From positions 80,857 to 144,856 of the forward strand of contig NMRA01000525.1 of assembly GCA_002633005.1 (NCBI GenBank): DNA of 64,000 bases. The letters are read 5' to 3'. Shown here piece by piece: positions 49,001 through 63,100 of this stretch; within the stretch, counting starts at the first letter, position 1, and each line of letters starts with the position of its first letter. The translations under genes and the position numbers were made by a program. Source of the stretch: Phoronis australis (lineage: Eukaryota > Animalia > Phoronida). The notes below the pieces were generated by a model. That model was not told the origin of the DNA, did no database searches, and was given only the letters and a program-made list of their open reading frames with translations.

Positions 49001-49282
49001 CTTGAAGGTATCAGTTTATAATGCCTGGTTGTTTCACCAGAACCACAAAAATGACACAAACCTCTTGAAGGTATCAGTTTATAATGCCTGGTTGTTTCAC
49101 CAGAACCACAAAAATGACACAAACCTCTTGAAGGTATCAGTTTATTATGCCTGGTTGTTTCACCAGAACCACAAAAATGACACAAACCGCCGCTGCCACC
49201 ATGTGGAAACAACAACGTAGATGGAGGTCGAACCGGAACTCCATATATTTATTTCTAAACTCTAGAGAGCTATAATACTACA
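46080..49282 (-). mobile_element. Internally deleted Ty3/Gypsy LTR retrotransposon with about 80-bp LTRs
   Basis: LTRs at 46080-46159 and 49202-49282 (TG...CA), TSD CACGC. PBS TGGTGGCAGCGG (tRNA-Leu-like) at 49190-49201 and PPT GGAGGGAGA at 46160-46168. Decayed RT (CHIDNILI, FLGHII, LQRFNGMLNQL), RNaseH (LETDHKTL, KNHLVADAL) and integrase (SDSGPQY, IKPVDRLNL). Confidence 0.93.
48926..49188. repeat. 63-bp tandem repeat x4 in the Gypsy 5' leader
   Basis: tgacacaaacctcttgaaggtatcagtttataatgcctggttgtttcaccagaaccacaaaaa. Confidence 0.95.
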
Positions 49283-50360
49283 CACGCCATTGTTAATAGC
49301 GTGCTATTTTGTGATTTTAAGGTTGCTAATCTAGCGATGTAGTCAATCCTGATGGTCCCGTCGCCAGTAATTCATTAAATATTGTAATAAAACTTATGTC
49401 TCAGTCACCAGTAATTCATTAAATATTGTAAGTAAATTTATGTCTCAGTCACCAAGTGTCAGTGCATCTATATTGAAAGTTGGGTGGTTGGAGAGTAGCT
49501 GGTTGATGTCTGAGTCTCCGAAAGAGTTTTAGCAGTGTTTCTGCCTGTATTGCTGACCTAGATGTCCTGGATAAAATCCATGATTGAAGTTTGAGAAACA
49601 AATTATTCAATTGGAACAAAAAGCTATATGGTGAATGTGGTAGTAAGCAAAGGCCTTTTTCACACTCGTTTTGACAATGAAATAATTTAACAAGTATAAC
49701 ACCAAGAGTTTTGATGTAATGCAAACCAATATGTTTAGCCAGTTCATGCTGCGGTTCACTTTAGCCAGTCAGCTAGCTGTATGAAGACTAGTGCCAAACT
49801 ATACAGTGTTGTTCCAAGGCTAGGATCAATCCAAATAATTCACCACCTTGCAAAACAATTAGTCCTATTACAATACAATAAGTATGTTTTGCAGTCTAAT
49901 ACCCATAATTAACCACCTGGAAAAATTAATTATTCCCCTAACATCAGCGGCTGTAGCNNNNNNNNNCCCCCCTCAGCCCCCTATGGTGCGCCTCCCATGT
50001 CTAACCAATAACGTCAGTATTACGGTGTCTCATTATCAACCATCGCTGTGTGTTTTCTTTGCAGGCGCCTCTGCGTGATAGCCCTTCAGTGGTGTACTTG
50101 CTGGACCAATACAGAAAATATCAGGTGACAAGTGAGAAGATTTGTAGAGGGCCGGAAGAGATGCAGCATATGGCTGAGAATTATTATTGTTTATTACACA
50201 GTACACGTGTGCAACAGGTGAGTGAATAAATGCTGGTGATACAAAGTCTTGTTTTTTTTCAGTACACGCTACTAGTACGCATAGACACACAGTCATCGTG
50301 TCTATGATGCAATGGCTAAGTGGTTAATATGGTGGACTCTCAACCAAAATGTTGTAGGTT

Positions 50361-50791
50361 TGCTGTATGTGAACTTGGAATCCTGCTTAATCTCAAGATC
50401 ATATATCCGTGAACTTGGAATTGAATATTCGTTAAGGCAATCAGATCAAATTTTTTGTTCATTGTAAAGAATTTTTGCTGTTATTGGCCTCGCACTCACC
50501 GTTTTTCTCCTTTACCAGAACTTGTGTCACATGACCGGTGTGTCACATGACCGGAGGAATGTGTGAATGGTAACTAATTTTTTGTTTGGTGAATAAGATC
50601 ACCAAAAGTTGAAAAGAGGTTGGTTAAAATTTAAATTGTTTTATTAACATACAATTTGCTTTTAGAGCAGTGCAAATTTTTATCGGCGTGAACGTGATTA
50701 TTTGTGTGAACTTCCCAAGATACATGGTGTTTTCTATGTTCACGCTTATGTGATCTTGAGATTAAGCAGGATTCCATGTTCACGCACAGCA
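50361..50791. mobile_element. MITE with 41-bp TIRs and 4-bp TSD GGTT
   Basis: tgctgtatgtgaacttggaatcctgcttaatctcaagatca and its near-perfect inverse. Confidence 0.72.
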
Positions 50792-50917
50792 GGTTAGTAT
50801 GGTGAACTCTCACCCAAAAGGTCATGGGTTTAATCCCTGGCTGTTACAAGCATGTTGTTGTATCCTTGAGCAAGGCGCTTAAGCTGAATTTGCCCAGTTT
50901 ACTCAGAACTGTATAAA
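50792..50917 (+). mobile_element. Degenerate tRNA-derived SINE
   Basis: tRNA-like head (ggttagtatggtgaactct...gggtttaatccc) followed by the CORE-like tgtatccttgagcaaggcgctt; a second head fragment lies at about 50310-50360. Confidence 0.5.
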
Positions 50918-53900
50918 AGCTTTCTCCACACCAGTGGATTAGCTTGCACACAACCTTAATAATGGTTTCCAATTTAGCGGGCTCCATATTTCTTCAAATT
51001 TCGCAGTGGAACTGACAAGGAATCTGGTGATTTGTATTTGCGTAAAATTATGTGACAAGGAATCTGGTGATTTGTATTTTTGTAAGATTGGTGAGATTCT
51101 CCTTGAAAATTTTTCCTTTGGCAAGATGCAAAGTCACAAAATGTCCTTTGGGTGGCTCGTCTCAAGATGGTCATCAGTTATGCTGAACTCCTTGCTGTTG
51201 TTTTTCCCTGCTGTCTGTGAGAAGAGGGAGCAAGTCCAGTGCTGTAAAGAGGTCCACTTTTATGGCAAAACAACTTTTTTGAAATTGAAAGCGTGACTAC
51301 AGCAGTTTTCAACAGATGTGATTTTCTTCTGGTTGAAAATCTGAATTTTCTGGCTGATTTTCAGTAAATAATTTAGTGTTATTTTTGTCTAGATTATAGC
51401 ATAACTTCTGCAAAAAAGGACGAATTTAAATAAATTTCTTGGTAATATACTGTAATTTCAAGTTTTACATTTTGTGAAGACAAAAAATTCTCAATCATAG
51501 TATTAACAGTGTACGGAATTTCATGCCAATAAAACTTAAAATTTAAAAAATAGTGAAATGAAGTTAATAAGTGTCAGTTAAAAAATAATGAAGGAGCTGA
51601 AGATGACATCATCACCGTTGCATTCAGACAGTATGGGGATTTTATTATGAAAGATTTCTGAAACCATTGCACGGATCAAGTCTGGGTTTCACAAGACAGT
51701 ACTTTCATGGTGGTTTGAGCAACATTTTAGCCTCACAGCTGTATGAGTCAGATTATAACAGACTTCATTTATTTCTCGCGCCAACTCCAACTGAGGGTTT
51801 TTGGTTGCTTAATTCTTTTCCAAAAAACATCAATAACTGCCATTAGCGGGGCAGATAGTGGAAAAATCATGCATTTGATGATACAAGCACCAAAATNGAG
51901 TCATCATGGTAAATTTGGTGCTTGTATCATCATTTGCACAATTCTGGTGCATATTTGCACTTATCTGCCCAGCTACATGCCTGCAACTGTATAGAAACAT
52001 GAAAAACTGAACCACCGACACGAACGACACTTGCAAATCTAAAATTTAACCTAACAAGATGACTGGTGATTTATTTGCGTTAGTATGAGTGTGTATTTTC
52101 AAATTTGTAGATTTCCTATATCCGCCGTCTGTGTGATTTTCATTTTTTTAACCAACTATTTATGAGAAGTTGAAAATGCATGTTTAAAATTCTTGAACTA
52201 GTTATGTCACTTTGAATCTTGGAATGTTTTTTCGTTACACTTGGTACAGGCTACCGAGTGTGAGATGACACAGCATTACTTCAACAGTTTCTTATTGCTC
52301 CATTTTCAGGAGACTGTAGCACTGTACAAAGGTGCTGGTGAGCGTAGTGTGGAGGAATCAGCCAGATTAGTTGGACTTAGGCTTCCAAAGACCCCCGATG
52401 GGCAGACATAGCATGTGGTAACATGTGACGCCAGACTAAAATGTGAACCCAACATGTGAATCATGAAGTGTGATACCAGACGCCCTAGCAGTATGTGAAA
52501 CCCTTTAAGATTCTAAGGAAAGGAATTGAAGGCAGAAGTCTGATTATTCATCAATCTTCGCGTATTTTGGAGTGGACGATGTTCTAATTAATAACTGTAA
52601 CAACACAGGGTCGGGAGCGTTTGTTAAAGACAAAATCAACATTATTTTGTGCTGTTTTGAGTGGTTTGTTCACCAATACGTACATATTTATTGTGTGAAA
52701 TATCAAAATTGGTGCTTATCCAATCATTTTGATCAATATAACTTGTTGAATAACACTTAGAAAAAAGTTAATGTTTTATTTATATTTCCATTTGTGAATT
52801 CCATTAAATCTGCGTTTCGCTGCTGTTTAACTGTCAATGTTTAACTTTTAACTGAAGCACTTTGGGGTTTAAAAACATCACCCCGGTCCTCCGATCTTGA
52901 ATTGTTATGGAATTACGCGGCACCTTTAAGTCATGGCAATGTGGCAATGTGCCATTCTGTAATATGTAATTTTTGGGTTGGCCAACTTCAATAAACTCTT
53001 TACTGTTTTCTTGCGTTGCTAATGGTTTTGATGTTCTTGCTGGTAATGGAAATAGGAATCCTGTCGCGGTGGGGAATATTATGAGACAGATTCTATGAAA
53101 GTAAAATACCCAACTCATGTATCCGTTTTTAGCCAGTTAAACAGTGCAAACTGCAGCTTTAAGTAGCAGTGAAGACGTATCCAAGAAATGTAGCCAGTCC
53201 GCTTTTGTATTTGGGCTTTTTTTATGCAACTCGCACAGAAGTAAATGAGGACATGGCATTGCTGTACATGTATTAGGTGCTGCATGCTGTAGTTAATGCT
53301 TTCGCATACTCTGGTCTGAAGGCTTGGGTTCTACAGATATTGTATTGCATCGTTTTCTTTCCACGTCAATTTTCTATTCTTCAACTCTTCTCTTTTGTAA
53401 ACAAATCTTAACGTCGTTAGTGTTCATCTCAGTAGGCCGGCCGTCTCGCACGATTTCACCAGTTGGTAGCCTCATGTATTGTCACGCTGTGTTTTGCTTC
53501 ATTGCGCATTGCAACTACATGCACACCTGGTATCAAAGGCAATGTTTCGGTAACTATGATCAAAAACAAGTATTGTCCCTGTGTGAATCCCCGTTGGTAC
53601 TTGTCTATAATCCCCAAGCAATTTCCATCTATTAAATGCTGTGCGGCTGCAGCTATGTTCATTGTTTGCAGTTACAAATCTCAAGATTGCTAGCATCCCA
53701 ATGATGTAAATGTTGGGTGTGGTAAACAATGCATGGATAAATGGCCCAGCCATGGGTGAAATGGTAATGCCTTTTGTCGACTAATGTACCAAGAAAGGAA
53801 AATGTGGAGAATACACTTACAGGTTGGCACCAATATAAAATGGTCAAGTGTTTCAAATTTTCCAATTCAAGTTTGTTGTTTGGACAATGAAAATTGCCGA

Positions 53901-54187
53901 AGACGAGACGACATGTAGGGACTTCTTTAGACAGAACCATCAGCCAAATATGCCAAGATTTAAACAAAACAATCCATACTAAACGCCATTCATTTATTTA
54001 AAAATCCACAGATGTGGCAACATTAAAGGCTAATATAGCCTAGATAACTACACCAATGGAGATAACACCAGTCTCGTTCTACTTATAATAAAGTGAGGGC
54101 AATATTGGAAAGAATACCAACTAAAGTCTCAACTACACTGTACGCGAACTGAATGGGGAACTCAAAATTTACTTGGCAAATCAACTA

Positions 54188-54444
54188 CATGTGCGCACCC
54201 AGCCTAAAATACGGGGCAGCTCGAATTTTTGATAATGTGTACCTTTTACTAACAAAATACTGGGAACCAAAAAAATACGGGACACCACGTTTGGAGCTGT
54301 GAATTGTGCATTTCGCACCTTTTTTTCTTGGACTTTTGTCTTTGTTTTCTCAGACTTTTTGTTTCTCTGAGGCAGATCTTTTTGCCCACTTCGCCAAATG
54401 GGGGGCTCATTCGAGTCCCTGAACCCCTTCTGGGTGCGCGCATG
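54188..54444. mobile_element. MITE
   Basis: TIR CATGTGCGCACCCAG / CTGGGTGCGCGCATG, TSD AACTA. Confidence 0.7.
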
Positions 54445-54493
54445 AACTACCTCATGCCAGTGAATTGTTTTCTATTCTTAGTTTCTACAAATT

Positions 54494-55169
54494 CAAGAGG
54501 GGAATGGACAATTGGTCAGACTTCAAAACCACTCGGCAGGACTGGAAAACCAATTTGCCGGTGATCAAACGTGTTGCCCGGGCTTCAAAACCACTCTGCA
54601 GGACTGGAAAACCAATTTGCCGGTGATCAAACGTGTTGCCTGGGCTTCAAAACCACTCGGCAGGACTGGAAAACCAATTTGCCGGTGATCAAACGTGTTG
54701 CCCGGGCTTCAAAACCACTAGGCCAGTGATCAAACGTGTTGTCTGGAATTCAAAACTCGATGGCCTCGCCCAAAAAAAATAGTTGACTAAACCCAAAACA
54801 CGATGGCCGGTGCTATAACCAGTTTGCTGGAGATGAAGCAGGACGACCAGACTTCCTCAGAGACTGGCTTTGAATGCCTCGAGGATTCAAGTAACAAGTA
54901 ACATCGGGTGTTTAGTTTTCGTACCCGTTTGTTTTGCTCAAAATCAGTGTTTTGTTCGTCCATTGTGTTTGAACACCGACCAACCCATTTCAGGTCTGGC
55001 CAATCAGGCTTTTGGGTGCGGCCATCTGGTTTCAAGGTACAGGCCAACTCCTTTTGAGGTGCGACTGCCAAGTTAGAACACCGGCCATTCGCTTTTGCAG
55101 TCTAGCCAGCTGGGTTTGAAGTCCGGGCAAGTGGTTTTGAAGTCTGACCAATTGTTGATTCCACCCTTG
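54494..55169. mobile_element. MITE with internal 62-bp tandem repeats
   Basis: TIR of about 40 bp, caag.gg.gaat..acaattggtcagacttcaaaaccact, at both ends; about 3.5 copies of a 62-bp unit at 54521-54755. Confidence 0.7.
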
Positions 55170-57144
55170 AAATGGGAAGAGGATCATTTGTGCACTAGCG
55201 CCACCGAGTGATAACAGAGTCAACAATTACAAGAATATTTAGGATAGCATATGGCTAACAAGTGAAATTTTATCCTTTTTTCCACGAAACATACGTAGCA
55301 TTAAATTAAAGGATTTTCTATGTACCACAGCTACCATTGAAACAAAGTTTTGAAAAATTTTGAGCGTCCACTTTACACCTAAAACAGCTTCCGAAGATGA
55401 CTTTCAGCTAGCCAACGTACAATAAAACATGATTCGTGGGTGATTTTTTAAAATTTGAAATGCTACCGAAAAGATTATAGAAATTTATACAAAAGGCACT
55501 TCAACGCTACATAAATGGTACATCTGAATGGACACCCCATGCAATGCATTCAAAACAAAGGCAGACTTCAATGCAGAATGCAGCGTGCAATGCACAGCAA
55601 CGATTTGCCAAGAATACCACCCTTTTCCAGCAGATTCCTGTATATAAGCCAGGGGCAAATATTTGGCAAGTGGCATTTTCAGGTGAAAACTTGCATCTGA
55701 ACAGACACCCAGCCATTTATTTGGCAGTACAGAAGGTACAACTCAGTTTATCAACACTACACCCAACGCTAAAAACAGAAAGTTTTCAGGACACTTGCCT
55801 CAGTAATATACTGGAACCGCTAAAAGATAAAACATACTAGTTACTAAGTTTTTCATAGCAATTTTCTGTGAAATGGGGAGTTTTAGGGCTTGACCATGCA
55901 TAACTTTCAAAATATGCACCTTTGGTATATTTTCAATTTCTTTTTGAGGTATGCATCCACTAAGCATGTAATTGGCTGGGCTTGTAGACGGTACGGCAAA
56001 AAGTCTTCAATTTGGGACAAATTTGGCTAAAACTAACATATTTCCTTACCACTTAGTTGCAAGTGCCAAAATTTTACCATGCCAAACAAACAATTACAGA
56101 AGCAAAGTAAAATTTCTTGAAGTTATTTTTGTTGAGAAATTTGACAATTAAGTGAAATTTCAACTGTTTGCCATACTGTATCCCAAACCGAAAGCTGTAT
56201 TGATGAAAAAACCGACTGGTTTCTTTTGGCCAATTTTATCTACAACACAGACATCAAAAAGAACCATAATTTACAACACATCCAAGACAGCATATTCTAA
56301 CCTGCGCACTCCTGGAGCCTGTTTCACTAAACTGTAACTTTGCGGGGTTTTATTACTGGAGTCTCGACTTACCACCAGTCTTAACTTTTGAGTTTTGTAT
56401 TATGTATAAAAACTTTAATCATTAAGTTTAGAAATTTTAGTAGAACAGGCCCAGCCAGCATTTCAAATGTAGAAACTAGAATTACAAAGCAGGAGGATGT
56501 TCAAACAACTCGCTCATAATAGAAAGTCCAACAAGCCATAAACATAATCGCTAGATAGCAAAGCCACAGAAAACTTGGTGAAATGGCAGGACACTTACTA
56601 GTTGTCTTGCATTTGCTTTGCAAGACATGCAGGAAATAGCAAACACCAATGCATTACAAACATTTGGCCCCCCAACTGAATTAAAACGAAAACTTCACAA
56701 TCAATCAATTTTGCCAAGGCAACAACAGACTAAAATGGTAAAATTGTTATAATTTTTACAGACTGATGTAACAGTACGTACATGTATGTGATTTTCTGAA
56801 CATGAGTACAAAATAGGCAATGAAATGCGTTATTGATTGATTCTGAAATGACTGACACTATTGCAGGAAAACGCAAACTACAGATGTGAAAAGAAATCTG
56901 CCTGCCTATCACTTGCGCATTCACGATCACTTTGCAGTTTCCATAAAAAAATGTCGTAGAAATTTGGTGTTCATCATTCAGTAATGTGTAACAAAAATGT
57001 CCATGCAATGGTTATGACGACAACAGGAAATGTCAAAATTCATGAAAACAGCGAGACAGTAATTATGAATGCGGTCTCCTAATGTGAAATGAAGATGGGA
57101 CATGACAAAATGAGAGTTTTGTCCGCACGTGCACGTGACACTCC

Positions 57145-57188
57145 TCAGGCCATGTTTTTCAAAATCACACCAAAGGTGTCTCCCTCAT
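57145..57188 (-). CDS. TFCP2: TFCP2-like terminal coding exon
   Basis: (D)[13 protein letters not shown]; acceptor tatttcag, phase 1 matches the previous exon. Confidence 0.8.
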
Positions 57189-60100
57189 CTGAAATATACA
57201 AGTTAACGTTATTCAAGACTTTTAAAGGTTGCTAAGCGCAACTAATAATTTCACCAGGGGTCAGAATCTAATTTTCTTACGCAAAATCAAACTTGAACTT
57301 TATTTTTGACATTTTCTGTTCTACTTTGACATGACCTCAAGATAAGTGTCTAATACTCTGTGCTGGAATTTATTACAGTGCACGTGGATGAGTGACTTAT
57401 CATATTTTGCACTTGATGACACCAGAATTAAAGATATTATTTAGAGTTTGGAAATCTCGATTTTTTACTAGTTTGTAGCTTATATCTAGGGGTCAAGTGC
57501 AAATTTGGACTAGACACTGGTTTGCCATACAAAATACAGTCAAGCACAGAGTAATAGATACATGTAATTATCTTGAGCTCATATTATAGAGAAATGGCAA
57601 ATGCTTAATCTATTTTTGAGTTCAATTTTGAGTAAAAGGAATACTTAGATACCGGTCCCTGCTGCCTGTTCATGGAAACGACTTATTTCCACTTAACTAA
57701 TAGTCCTCAGTGTAAAGCATGACATGTGAATTGTGATATATTTAGTTTAGTTTTCAGCAACAACAACTAGCTAACATTTAAGCAAAAAGTTACTAACTAG
57801 ACAAAGTGGCAGGTGTCTACGAAATCAAATCAAATTTCATGACAATTGAGACAAAGGCAAAAAACAAAGTTGACAATAGGGATTGCCACCGAAGCTGAAC
57901 CAATCACAAAATTTACGTCATTCGTGGGTCATCTCAATAGGAATATGTCAGAAAACTTCACAAACATTTATCAAGGGGTTTGGGAGGTACAGCAGCAGAC
58001 GAAGGATGGAGATGACAGAATAATGCGCCCACATATTTGTGCGTGTGCATGCGCGTGTGCTTGCATGTATGTGTGGGCGCACAAAAATGCAGTCAGCTTT
58101 TGGAATGAATACTAAATGGACACAAAAGATGATGAGAAACCCTTCCAAAGGAGCACGTGATTCAAGAGTAATGTTTTAAGATGGCACAGCTCGCTGTAAC
58201 GGATATTCAATCCACCTCGGAAGATTTATGAGCAGAAATGAAGCGAAAGTCCTCCATCTCACCACAGCGCAATACACTCATCAGTCGCTAACTGGCGTCC
58301 CTGTACAACTGTAGCTAGGTAGACTGAAAAGCAGCTGGAACGTTTAACCCTTATCCTGCTGTGCCTCTATTCAGACTACTTTCCATGTGTGCTGAGCTAA
58401 GTAGGTCACCACTACTACTGTACACTAAGCTGTTGTGGAGGTCACCCAGACAAATGACCTAACAATTTTAAATTGGAAATTTGAAAGGGAAATATTAAAT
58501 AAACAGAAAAGAAGTCAATACAAAACTTGTGCAGAATTTAATGGAGATTTTCACCATGTGTAAGTCTTTATCATAGCCTTGGTGAAAGTAAACTGATCCA
58601 CTGTCATCCTCTCCCGTATGGCTCCAGCCATATAATGAAACTATGTGTCTACACTTACATAAACCTGCCAATATCTCCCAAACTAGTAATCACAGCCATA
58701 TGGTTTAAATTGGAGAACAGTAGAGGAAGTTGTGAAGTATGGAATGCTCATGTTCACATATCTAAACAACATTCCAGGGCTCTTACAATTTCTGAATGAA
58801 AATCACAAGTGTCCTGGGGTGAGTGCACTCTCCTAGCGCAGCCCAGCTGTAATTTATTATAGTCGATTGAGTACACCCTACGCATTTTAATAGGATAATT
58901 GGCATGTCGGCTGACCTCGCCTAGCGCAGGATAAGGGTTAATGCAATACTTAGAGTACAAGGCGGTGCATGAGATGGACTTCTGTGATTTAGTGGAAGTG
59001 GAACATTTTGCCAAAACAACGACCTTATTTATTGGCACATACAAGAATGACCCCACATGGAGAATGAGCCTCCACCCTCATGTACATACCTTGCAGCACT
59101 TGCACAGCAAGTCTCGACTCATCCTTGAAGGTAGCGATGACCTCGTCAGAGATGAGAATGTGGATGCCGCTGGGGCCGAGAATGTACAAGTCTTTGAGTT
59201 TGGATGGTGAACAACTGAAAAGATGCGCCAGCCGTTGCACTAGCTCCAGCACTGACAGACTCTCCAGGTAGATGGCGTGGAATACTGCAACAAAAGATCA
59301 GCAAAACACAGTGAGTAGCTGGAGTCGTGTGCCAATAGCTGCAATAGTTTCACAACACTATGGGCATGTAGTACCAAAAAAGGCCCTGGTGCATTTCTGG
59401 AAACCAGTATAAAAATCAAGATTTACAGGCAATCGGATTGTGCAAGGAAAAGCAAGTTAATTGGAAAATCTGAAAAAATCTAGAACAGTAACCCGGAGCA
59501 AATAATGATGGTACACTCCACATAGCGCTTGATAAAAAGTTATTCATGTACCAAATTTCAGAAGAATACCTCAAAGGACCGCAAAGCAAAAATTCGAAAA
59601 ATGGCTATCACGGCACAATCTTGCATCCAATTTGGTCTAAAAACATTGGGTTTCAAGCGTTTTAGCAGGTACAAGTTGTGGGTAAATTTCAAGTTGACTG
59701 GGCGAAAACTGCGTCCTCTAGCACGCACACTAACAAAAACGAAAAACTTCATGAGTAACAAACTTGGAAAATTTCGTATCGTCGAGTAATAACACATCCT
59801 CTGCTACACTACTGGTGTTGTCAGAATCAACGTTCGCATTTTAGCCATTGCCCTTCATCAACGGTCACCAGGGATGAACACATACCATCTTAAGTCAACA
59901 TCTTACATGACGTGTTAGTACAAAAGTACATCGACATACCTTGTTCCTGTTCCTGACATACGTAAATTGTTAAGCGGGGGCGGACAGCTCTGAAATAAGC
60001 AACATGGAGGAATGAAAAAACAAACATTGTTCACATTTCAAAAAGCAACATCTAACTATTAGTTGGATGAGTTTCAAACAAGCCCAGACTTCAACTTGCA

Positions 60101-63100
60101 GTGAAATAAGTAATTTCAAAGTCAGTTTACTAATAAATATCAACATCTTGTATTCCAAAATTAAATCAAAACATATTTTCCACATAATTATATACAACGA
60201 GCAACAAAACCTAATACTAGATGATTCATGTACGATAATTCAAGGTAATGATAAAAGTTTTAATAAGATCATTTGCCAACAAATACATTTAAAGACTTAG
60301 TTTAAACTAACGGTTGTCATTAAATGTGAATAATACCTTGGAATATCACATTTCAAACAATGGCAAGACTCAAAAGTGTTTTGATGCAGTTTTGATATCG
60401 TTGCAAGATAACGCAAGTCAACACTTTTTGTTTTATATGAAAATAGTCTGGTCTCAATAGAGTGCACCTCATTCATATTTTATCTTACTTAGACCTTGAC
60501 CTTCCGATATAGTGCTCAATATAATAACTTCAACAATATTTGTCAAGTGCCTCTACACAGTTCGTGTCTAAGTCACTCAAAAAAGCATGGTTACCACTCA
60601 TTTTGTTTTGCGTTTTCCATTGAATTTCTATGAGTTTTCCCAGATACTATCTTCACTTTACATCCACTTATTTTTCCACACATAGAATGATATACTCAGT
60701 CCAGATTGGATGCGCTGGTGTTGTTTATTCCACAAAAGCTGAAATTTCTGTTTACCATTAAGACGTGTCTGATAAGACCACAGCCTTATATTCGAGATTG
60801 TGTTTTGGCAAGAACAAAAGCATTACGTATGGAATTCACAACACGTATTGTGTATGGTTTTCTTTAAATTTTTTCTCTACCACTCATTCAATATTGTCAT
60901 GGAATGGTCAACGTATAGTTCAGGGCCCTTCGTCGGGCTACTAACAGGAATCTTCATGTCACATGGTCACCAGTGGGTGGTCCTTGGTTGTTCCCCAACG
61001 CCACGTGGTGAGTATTACTTGCGAGGAGATGCTGGTAAATGGCTGGTAATTCATATCCTCTGTTTCTGTTCCATTTTGGTTTATTGCTCATGATTTCTAC
61101 AGTTTCTCTGATTTTACGATTCCAATATTTATTTTTTGTAGACAGTATTTTGATTGTAGGTTTCAACTGCTTCTCCTAAAATCTGAGAAGCAATCGAAAT
61201 CATGAGCAATAAACCAAAATTGAACAGAGACAGTGAATATGAATTACTAGCTATTTACCAGTGTCTCCTCGCAAGTAATAGCCACCAGGTGGTGTTGGGC
61301 AACCACCAAGGACCACCCACTGGTGACCACGTGACACACAGATTCCCGTTAGTACCCCGAAAAAGGGCCCAAGATGGGCCCGAAAGCTAGGTCCGCAAAC
61401 ACAAACAGGTCGCCGATAGGTAATTACTCTATCCCCTATACTATGTAACGGCGCAACCTGTGAACATTCATTCTGTCAATAGTCTATTAAGCTTAACACT
61501 CCTTTTAGTATGTCAAACATTCTGGTCATGACTCACTGCCAGAAAACGCACAAAAAATTATGACTGGCCATTCAAATAAATGGTGCAACCTAATCGCATA
61601 TAGGGCACTGCCATGGCTTTACACAGCAGGTTTTACCGTAACTGACTGTTGGCAAGCTTACTTGAATGCATACACCAGCACTTGCACAATAAGGGTTTTA
61701 TATTTAGTTTAGTACGTTATAATTTTCCATGCATTATACTACTTTGTCATTTTCCATGAGTCCTGTATTAACGGAAACTATTTTTGTCATTTTTATGGCT
61801 TCTGGTTTTCAGTGTCGAGTGATAAAAAGGAAGCAAAAACTGTACACGTGGTATTAAACACATGATACCAGACAGATGTATAAATTCGATAAGAAATTTA
61901 ATTCCTGACACAAACAACTCCCAACTGTTAAAAACTTGGGGTGTTTTGTACCTGAAATGAATATCAGGCACAAGATCAGCTTTAGTATGCAGCCGCTGTA
62001 GAATTTGGATCAAAATGTGTGACGGGTCATTTGTAACTGCACATTTATTGTTATGCTTATTTAGTTGTTACTGTTCATTTATTCTTACGCTAATGTATTT
62101 GTTCCAAATGCAACAAATCAAATCTTCACAGAACACCAAAATGTGTATTTCACCTTACACATACGTGTACATTACAGCTAAGTTCCAAATTAAATACGCT
62201 GAATCCATAGTTGCCACAGAAAGAAAGAAACACACCCTTCTCTGAAGCCTGTCGCTAGCCAAGTGCCCGACACATACAGTCGCGCCCGCATGCCCACGTA
62301 AAAAAGGCGCACCGAGACGCAACAAATACATTAACATAAGAATAAGTGAGGAATAGCAACTAAATAAGCATAACAATAAAAGTACAGTTACTAACGTCCC
62401 GTCACATTAATGTGTACTGTGTAAGTATGACGTTAACACTGTCCAAGTACTTACTTAAACTGCAATGCGTTGTTCAGACGGATACCATCGGCAAGGCCAC
62501 AAATCTGTATTAGATCGTCTCGTGTCAGCCTCAAGAGGTCAGCACCTGAAACAGCCATGTGAGTGACACTAAGACTTGAGTCAAAAACCAAGAGAATTTC
62601 CCATCAGTTAATTTACTGTAACTGGAGTGTTCATCAAACTACAGAATTTACTGGATTGCACTGATGTTTATTTCAACAGGCAAAAATCTCGAAAGCAAGA
62701 ATCTAAGGAGGAGGCCGAAATTGACCAGGTGGTACTGGAAAACAACGGTTCCGTCTTAAATGCGATTGCAGCCGTGTGGGACCGTTACGCCTGGAATGTT
62801 CATATGCTGGTGAACATTTCCTTTCAGTCTATTCAGATAGAAAAAAGAGGAGCCTTTCATCAGTGCTGTCACCTAGTGAATGAAGTCTTCTCCCCAACAT
62901 TATGACGTATGTCTCGTTACAGCTACTTTGACGTTGATTTCTGTGTGCACTCAGTCGTCACGAGCGGAATCCTGCCTTACTCAGTTGCAACAATGGGTAG
63001 TTATGCGTCAATTTGCTTAACTATATGTTGAGATACCAACTACTAAGCTAAATATGACCAAGCTTGGTCAAGCACAATGATACATCACCTAATTCTCCAA

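Noticed and set aside
50310-50850. tRNA-like sequence
   Set aside because: No complete cloverleaf; these are degenerate SINE heads separated by a MITE.
52800-53970. Cluster of 60-100 aa ORFs on both strands
   Set aside because: No recognisable domain and no consistent splice chain. Probably UTR, intergenic DNA or old TE decay.
62627-62905. 92-aa plus-strand ORF in a TFCP2 intron
   Set aside because: Non-ATG start, no recognisable homology, antisense intronic location.
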